DNA of 63,709 nucleotides, the filler included, from Kipferlia bialata (lineage: Eukaryota), in NCBI GenBank assembly GCA_003568945.1. It is 7 parts of 5 records of this genome, joined end to end, with 100 filler letters (N's around TTAATTAATTAA, not from the genome) between each part and the next. Parts side by side here need not be neighbours in the genome. Positions count along the whole stretch, not along the records: positions 51,597 to 62,414 come from BDIP01000058.1; positions 62,515 to 63,709 come from BDIP01000174.1; 5 more parts are not named here. One strand, written 5' to 3'. Position 1 is the stretch's first letter, and each line of letters opens with the position of its first letter. Positions 55,207-63,709 of this stretch are shown one piece after another. Below the pieces are notes generated by a model that was given only the letters and a program-made list of their open reading frames with translations, was not told the origin of the DNA and searched no databases. Both the position numbers and the translations under genes were made by a program.

Positions 55207-56147
55207 ATGCAGAGGTACGGTTGCTGAGACATATTTATGGACAGGATAGCTGCATACGGTTGCATAGTGGCTCTAGTAGTGAAACTATTCCTGTGTATTG
55301 TGTTCCCTTGTGCGTGGTTGTGCATCTCTTTGGTGTTTTTCCTCTTTTCCCGCTGATTTCAGGTGTACTAAGGTTATCCCACCTCACAAGAGGGCCGTGG
55401 ACCCCACCAAGCCCAAGCCTAAGGCTCGTAAGTCCACCCGCGGAGGCCCCCCCTCTGCTGGTGCCTTTGCCAAGAGGAAGTCACCACCTAGTGATTTCCG
55501 TCGTTACTACGACAGGTTAGTTGAGTTATTTACGTTATGGACCCTGTATGATGAATAATGATATTGTGTCATTGGTGGAGGGTAGTGTTGAGGCTGTATT
55601 AGGTTCCAACACTCCTATAATTCCTGGTATACACGAAGTATTTGCAATGTACCCTCTGCAGTTTCATACGTATTCCCTTCCATGGTACGTGAACCCTCCC
55701 AGAGTGTGTGTCTCTCTCTATTTCTCATGATAAGGGAGACCTCCCCATTGCTGTGGAGCACACAACCCCTCTCTCTCCCCCCCACCTCTCTCTCTATATA
55801 TATCTTACCCTAGAGGTGACCTCCCCATTGCCGTGGAGCACACTGCCGGTGGCAACAGGGTGCTGTGGAAGGTGGAGATTGAGAAGCTGGACTTCCACCA
55901 CTACCTCCCAATCTTCTTCGACGGCCTCAGGTTTGTATGTGTGTGTTCGTATACAATATATATCTTACGTATCATGTCTATCCCCCCCCCCCCTTCTATA
56001 TATACAGACATATACCTAGGATTCTCCTTCCCGTCATGTATTATCCCTCTCCCCTCTCGCTACCTACCGTCTCTCTACTTACCCTCTCTCTACCAATATG
56101 TGTCTCATACTAGGGAGCAGGGCCACCCCTATGCCTTCCTCTCACGT

Positions 56148-56193
<46 letters not shown>

Positions 56194-57055
56194 CCCCTAG
56201 GGAGCAGGGCCACCCCTATGCCTTCCTGGCCAGGGAGGGTACCATCAACATGCTGGAGCACGGACAGTCCAAGATCCTGCCAGTCGTGCCACAGCTCATC
56301 ATCCCCATCAAGGTATATATCAATTAGTATATATATATTTATATATATGTACATATATACAGTATAGTACATATATGCATTGATAGAGACACAGCTCATC
56401 ATCTCCATCAAGGTATGTATAGTAGAAATATATGTATTTTTTTGTTATTGAGGATCTCATCTTAACTTATATATACACATTGGATTACATATATGTATTG
56501 GTAGAGATACAGCTCATCATCCCCATCAAGGTATAAACTACATACAGTGTATTAACACACACATGCATTGCTTAACTATGTAGTATTTAGTATATAGCAA
56601 ATATATCTCCCTCACACCAGACCGCCCTGAACACCCGTGACCCCGAGATCATCTGCCGCGTGCTGCATGTCCTCCAGCTGCTGGTGGTCAGTGGGGAGCT
56701 GGTGGGAGAGGCACTCGTGCCATACTACAGACAGGTGGGTGTAAATAGATGTATATCTACTCTGTATCAGTGTAGATCCTGACCCCCCAGATCCTGCCTG
56801 TGCTCAACATCTTCATCAACTGCAACAGGAACATTGGAGACAGCATCGACTTCAGGCAGAAGAAGAGAAACTGCCTAGGTATAAACATGTATTCATACAC
56901 AGTCCTTTATACGTCGGGTATACCCTATACTATACACTAACATCCCAGGCGACCTCATCCACGAGACCCTCGAGCTGCTGGAGAGGCATGGTGGCCCCGA
57001 CGCCTTCATCAACCTCAAGTACCTGATCCCATCCTGGACCAGTGCAGTGCTATAA
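55207..57055 (+). CDS. PACRG: Parkin co-regulated gene protein (axonemal inner-junction protein)
   Basis: [84 protein letters not shown] and [14 protein letters not shown]. Confidence 0.97.
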
Positions 57056-57370
57056 GCACTGTGTGTATTGTAGGGAGAGCATAGATAGACTGACGGTGTA
57101 CAATAGATAGACATTCAAGTAATGGCGTAGAGGGTGAGATCGATTGAGTACCTGATCCCATCCTGGACCAGTGCAGTGCTGTAGAGGCCATATATACTAG
57201 TCCCCTAGTGGTATAGGGCGGTGTAACAGCAATAGATAGACATTCAAGAAATAGCCATGGAGGTGTGAGTTCGCTTGCAGACCACAATAGATTGACATTT
57301 GATTGTAACTGCTTTCAAAGGGACTCTCATTTAGAAACCAACAGAAGATATTTGAGGTATTTAGTTGGTC

Positions 57371-60300
57371 CTATCGCCGCCCCTGTGACCTCTTGACCGA
57401 GGGCGACCCTCTCTCCCTGTCTCTCTCCCTCTCCCTGAGTCTCTTTGCAGCCTGGGTCGGTCTGGCCAACTCTTCAAAGGGGTCGGGGGAGGCATCCCCT
57501 ACCTGGTGTTAATACATATATCTTTAAGTATCAGTATATATACTGATACTGATAGAGTATATACTGATACTAAGGTACTCTTCAAAGGGGTCGGGGGAGG
57601 CATCCCCAACCTGGTATAAGTATAGATAAAAGTATTAGTGAATAAACTGTACTGAGACATCCTCTGCCTGCGTATATCAGTATCAATATGATAAGTTGAA
57701 TTAGTATGAATCCACTGACGTAATGGCTTTGATATGTGTATGCGATGCACCCTGTACCTGTGTGGCCGTGGGTCCAGGGCGTGCAGTCTTGGTGACTGTG
57801 TGGGGGGTGGGCTGGGACTTGGCCTGCTTGGCCTTCTGGGGGGTCAGGGATAGAGGCATATAAATATATATATATATATATACATAGAGAGAGAGAGAGA
57901 GAGAGAGAGGAAGGGGACTTGGCCTGCTTGGCCTTCTGGGGGTCAGTTGGGATTGGGAAATAGATGTATATATGTGTACAGAGAAAGAGAGGATGATATA
58001 TAACTCTATAGAAATAGAGAGAGGAAGAGTACTTGACCTGCTTGGCCTGCTGTTCGGGTGGTTAGGGGGAAAATTCATAAACTCATGCAATACCATAAAG
58101 GAATAGATCCATAATGCTGATCACAACAATCCCTACCTTGTCCTCCCTGGCCTTTGCACTCTCGTGTGTGGTGTGGAGCTTGGTCACATCGGTGTAGGAG
58201 TCACTGGGGGTCAGGAGGAGGATTGCCCTGCACTGTGCATTGCTGTCACTCATTAGTACACCACTTATATATGCACTACCATATTATATTCTATATCTAC
58301 ATACCGCATTGCCCTGCACTGTGCATTGCACTCGGGTGTGGCCTCGGCACTGCCCTGGGGTGAGACAGGAGGAGGTCACATATCCAATATACAGCTACAT
58401 ACATATATATATACCTTGCACCGGGACTCCGCCAGACTCCCTATGAGAGTGTACATACCAACATATCCCATACGCACACACATATATGTGTATATGTATA
58501 TATATACTATATATGATACAACATATTCTGTACATACCTAGCACGGGCACTCTGCCACGACTGTCTAGAGGAGTGTACACACCCATACATGTATATATGT
58601 ATATATGTATATATACACAATACGTATAAGGGTATTACTATACCTTGCACGGGCACTCTGCCAGACTCCCTATCAATGTGGCCTCTGGCAGGTGTACCTG
58701 ACCCCTGGAAGAGGGGTCGCAGAAGATGGCATGGGACTCAACACCATCCTGGGGTGAGAGAGGGAGATATATATATATATATATATATAAATATGTAACG
58801 TACCCCGAGTGCCTGTTTGACCCTCCTGAGCAGTCTCAGCCTAACAAGCTCAGTCACTGCCTTAGCCCATCCGTCCACACGCCTGGCTGAAGTGTTAGAC
58901 ACCCATACACATGGATACATGATATATGAATATACACACACATATATATACTATTTACATACCTTCCTCCAGAATGTATGCCGCACTCCTGTCCTCTACC
59001 ATGCCGGGAGGGACCACAAGCTGGGGTTAGACAGCAGTTGAATACAATATTCTAAAATAACTTCTGTTATAGTACCTTTGTTTTGTGTATTTCATAATTA
59101 CACTATGTACAAACATACGAGTATACCTTCCCTTGCTGTGTGGCAACCATTGCCTCTGGTATGGAATACATATACATATATGACTACAATGTAATAATAC
59201 TAATACTATCATACAATATGGTATACAAAACATACAATATCTAAGCCTACCTTCCCTAGCTGCGTGGCCAGCATTGCCTCTGGCATGGTGTGGCCATGCT
59301 TGGCCAGGAAGGACCTGGGGGTTAGTGTATATATATACATGGATATATATACATATTGTATAATTTAATATAAATATACAATAGAATACAATGAATGAAT
59401 AGAAGGCTTGGCCAGGAAGGACCTGGGGGTGAATACATACATGGACCCATGCAAATACATATGGATCTTTGGACTGAAACTTCAGGAAGCAGTATGTGCA
59501 GTCTACCCCGAAGAGTCTCTCCCACACTTTCTCTCCCCCCATACCCATTGATATAGTATGTGTTACTGATACCTTATGAAGTAGTATGTGCCGTCTGCCT
59601 CTGCACTGTTGGCAAAGGGAGAGAGTATATATATATATATATATGTATACATATATATATATACATATATATATTCATACCTAATGAAGTAGTATGTCCC
59701 ATCTGCCTCTGCACTGTTGGCAAAGGGAGAGAGAGAGGGGATGTCAAGCTGACAGGGGGACAGGTCGCTGGGGTGAGAGGTATGCACATACATATCACAC
59801 TCACACCTATATATACATATACCCACCTGATGTTCATGCCATACTGGTCTGTCAGGCCAAAGTGCTGCACACTGCCACTGAACCTGGGGGGTGAGGAGGT
59901 AAACACACATACATATATACCTGGGGGGTTGAGGATATGACTGATTGCAAACATGGTTATACATGTATTGACACGAATTGCATGTATATGTGTGACCATA
60001 CCTGGACCTAGCCACCTGCTCTCTCATGTACTCCTGGGCCTGGCTGTACCTAGGGGGTCAGAGGGAGCGAGAGAGATAAGGAGGTAAGATACAGCGCCAC
60101 CTAACAACACTACACACATACAACATTCATATACAACTATGTTTCATATATCACATACATATAGTATATCATATAATACCTCTTATCCACCGATGTGTGC
60201 CCCACCCCGTCTGCCCCCACCCTCTTGTGGGTGAGGTAGTAGGACAGACCGGCAGAGGTCTGGGTGCTGCCTAGGGTTAAGAATAGGAGAGCCCTGTATA

Positions 60301-61264
60301 CTAGAAGTGTAGACTCATTTACTATAGTGAACAATAGAGTCTTATACTACAGGAGTATCAGTATTTGTAGGACAGACCGGTAGAGGTCTGGGTGCTACCA
60401 ACGAGGTTGAGACTAGGAGACTCACTTCAGTGTTGAAATATAGGACCTGTATCATCCAATAGATGGATATAGTGGTGATATACCTACGTCCAGATGCAAG
60501 TTCTCCAGAGACTTGGTCCGATGGAGGTGGGAGATGAGCCTGGGGTCAGGGATAGACACGGTATTCTATCCTCATCATAATGCATATATCGCCTTTCAAC
60601 ACCGTTTACCGTGACTATGCACTATACGCTCTATACCAGAGTGGGCATACCTCTCTACCAGCTTTCCATCACACACCATTATACAATATATACAATACTG
60701 AATCTGAATTACACACTGTACCTCTTGACCAGCTTCCCATCATTCCTGTCCAGTCCCAGACAGTACTTGGACAGAAACTCAGCAGACACACCGACTGGGG
60801 GTCAGAGAGGAATAATGGATATAACACACCCACACATATACATACTCTTGGGGCAAGGGAGGAAGGGTATGTGTGTGAGGGAGTGAGAGAGAGCACCTAA
60901 CGAAATCTACCAGTCTTGACCAGTTGATATGAATACATATACATACTCATATATATGAAAACTATAGCACCTGGCCTAGACCCGTTGACAATGAGGTACC
61001 GCATCAACTTCAGGGCCCTTCTGAGAGGTGAGACAGTTGTGATGTTCTCAAATAATAGAAATGTGTACTCGCACATAAATGTATATGTAAAGAGTGCATG
61101 CATACCCACCTATTGTCTCTGTTCTCCTGCTTCTCCTCCCTGGCCTCCCTGGCCTCTCTCTCTCTCCTCTCTGCCTCTGTCTCCACATGGGGGAGGGCCT
61201 CTGCACCTTCCTCCTCTGCAGGTGCCTCAGGGGCAGGCTGGGGCTTGGGGGCAGGCCTAGGATT

Positions 61265-61296
<32 letters not shown>

Positions 61297-61672
61297 GAAG
61301 ATAGAGAGTGAGACAGACAAAGAGACCAATACAAAGAGGCAGCGCCTGATTTAGGACCTATGGGTGCATGTAAGAGAGAGAGAGAGAGAAAGGGGAAAAG
61401 AGAGTGACCTAGCACGAGGCTTCTTTGGGGCCCGCCTCGGGGGTGAGGGGGGCTGGAAGGACTCACTCTCTGGGGGTGAGTGCACAAGGAGTCATTCTAT
61501 GCTACAGTATAAAGTCCTCTCAAGCCCCTCAGACGTATATACACAAACCCTCTCTCTGGCACCCATACGATAGCGTGGCACCTAATGTATATATGTAGTA
61601 TAGTCAGGTAAACTCACCTCCCTCGGCTGATTCGTACTCCGACTCAGATTCCTCCCTCCGCCTTCTAGCCAT
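57371..61672 (-). CDS. MAGE/NSE3-like winged-helix protein (possible SMC5/6 subunit)
   Basis: Low-complexity N-terminus, then LMRYLIVNGSRPV...LSYYLTHK (WH-A-like), GTYYFIRSFLAKHGHTMPEAMLATQLGKL and AVTELVRLRLLRRVK (WH-B-like). Confidence 0.5.
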
Positions 61673-62007
61673 CTCCTGAATACACTCAAGAGTACTCTCT
61701 CACTCTACTACAGATCACAAGGTCTACTCTGCTGCTCCAGCTACTCAAAAGACCACCTCACTACCGTGACCCTTTTATCGAATAGTCCTCAAAAATTCAA
61801 AAAACATGTCTGAACCCTTTAGTGTCTAGCTTTCAATGTGTCAAATCTTCCCCTTCAGAGTGACTGTGGTACACTTGGGTGTGTAGACAGTCAGTGACTG
61901 GCTGATCACTTTAGAGTGTAGTAGGTAGAGAAGAGAGAAGAAACAGAGGCGAGTTTGGACGGCTGGTGTCTGCCCGGGCGGAAGTGGGTTAGAGCCGCGA
62001 AGATAGC

Positions 62008-62368
62008 ATGGGTGAGACCTTCCTAGACACCGTCTACCTCAGTGCCTTTGGGGTTGATGTGACTCTGTGGGCGATATTGCTGGGTGCACCGATGGTGCTG
62101 GTGCTCTGCTGGGGTGTGGCCAGCATATGGAGTGTGTGGGGGGCAAGGTAGGTGTATCAGTATGGGTAATTGTATACACGGTGGACTTGGGTGGTCCTGC
62201 TTTGATGTGGGATGTATAGGGGCACTATGTGTGAATATTGGTAGATATAGTACGCAGTAGATATTATGAGAGGTGATATTCTGCTATATAGCTCACTTCC
62301 ATACATTGGATAGACGTCAGTGAAGTTTGTCCGTTGGGTCTATTAATACATATAGGGACAGGACAGTA

Positions 62369-62410
<42 letters not shown>

Positions 62411-62522
62411 CCCCNNNNNNNNNNNNNNNNNNNNNNNNNNNNNNNNNNNNNNNNNNNNTTAATTAATTAANNNNNNNNNNNNNNNNNNNNNNNNNNNNNN
62501 NNNNNNNNNNNNNNCCCCCACA

Positions 62523-62556
<34 letters not shown>

Positions 62557-63650
62557 CCCTCCACTATCTCCTCGATCAGGAAATCTCATTATAGTATTCT
62601 CCTGATCTGTTTTCTAATCATCTCACTGTGGTTGCCAACCTCTCAATCGGAGTTGTGTCTGTCCACTCTCAATACATAATGATATATATATATGGTATTA
62701 TCAATACATAATGATAACTGATTGCCAGTGGTCCGTTTGACCAGGCCTCCATATACGCAGTTGTGTTCTATTTCTTTTCCACACATCCTCACCCCAATGT
62801 TGGCAGTGAAGGCTGATGATACTCAATATATTATTCGCTCAATATTTCTATACATACATATATACCTGCTGACCCTTGGTCAGTGTCATCTTAAACACAA
62901 ATGCATATGCAGAAGAATGTATATCCTCACCCTAGGTGACAGGCGACGATATCCTGATGGCAGTGGAGGCCGAGGAGTCTCTCCTGCCATGGCTGCTTGA
63001 GTCCACCTGTCTCCACCCCTCTCTGCCCCTGTCCCTGGCAGTGTTTAAGTATGTGGTGCCTGAGCTGCTTCTGGAGGACATTACCTGCATAGCACACTTT
63101 GAGAACAGGTATATTATAGTATATTTATATTAGAATAGGAAACAGTATCTAGTTTATAGCTAGTGTATAATAATATATAGACACTGATTCTGACACAGGC
63201 CCAGTAGTGACCCAAGTGGCAGCATCAGCAGCATCATCAGGAGGCCTAAGAAGGTTACTAGACGGTGCTTAGCAGCCAGACTGATAGGGGAGAGGGTGAG
63301 GTACATCAACAGGGTAGGTGGGAGGAGGGAGAGGGGGGAGGAGCAAGACACAGACCCTGTGGAGACACAGCCCAACCTCCCCATGTGCCCATATGTGGAG
63401 CTATACACGTTCATGTCGACAATGCCTGCCCACACCCGACTGCCTACCAGTGTGGGGCCTATCCTGCTCACCGGTAAGTGTGGGTTATATAGCCGGTGAA
63501 TGTACCTGTCCACTAGTACTGTCTATACGCTATATATGATGGGTATATACCTCTGTAACTATCTAAGACTATGCAAACTAATCCCAGGCATCTACCGGTG
63601 TGCCTGTGCCTGCCCCCTTGTGCCACCCCTGGCACATGTCGGCAAAGTGG
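62008..63650 (+). CDS. Protein with N-terminal membrane anchor; spans a gap, 3' incomplete
   Basis: MGETFLDTVYLSAFGVDVTLWAILLGAPMVLVLCWGVASIWSVWGAR|; further + strand exons at 62937-63108 and 63199-63472. Linkage across the gap is unproven. Confidence 0.5.
62415..62514. other. Artificial gap linker
   Basis: Same structure; preceded by poly-C. Confidence 0.97.
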
Positions 63651-63709
63651 GTAAGGATGGATCTACTATACTGTACTATTTATTATAAAATGTCTGTCAT
63701 TGTCCATAT

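Noticed and set aside
1..63709. tRNA, rRNA, snRNA, transposase/RT genes, introner-like repeated introns, non-standard genetic code
   Set aside because: No diagnostic motifs seen by eye. Introns share no long sequence between genes, and TAA/TAG/TGA all act as stops. A covariance search was not possible, so small RNAs are not excluded.

Overview
Eukaryotic, very intron-dense genomic DNA. It has short GT-AG introns ending in a fused branch-point/acceptor motif (CTSAC-CCC(C)AG), (TA)n/(GA)n microsatellites, long poly-G/C runs and six artificial 100-nt gap linkers. The style and a GcvT with a short organellar presequence suggest an anaerobic flagellate such as the fornicate Kipferlia (inference only). 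About 19 spliced genes were reconstructed by hand: LRRC9, an ARM-repeat protein, a two-domain class III cyclase, a rifampicin-phosphotransferase-like enzyme, a condensation/PapA5-type acyltransferase, a GNAT, GcvT, a degenerate kinesin-like protein, a PH-domain protein, GPATCH1-like, PACRG, MAGE/NSE3-like and several hypotheticals. The most striking unexplained signal is a pervasive set of 'exon-edge echoes': 15-55 nt copies of exon ends, often with their splice sites, reiterated inside the adjacent intron. Many differ from the real exon mainly at synonymous positions. Also notable are an intron-rich RPH-like gene and a cyclase with inverted C2-C1 order. All homology calls come from motif recognition, not database searches.
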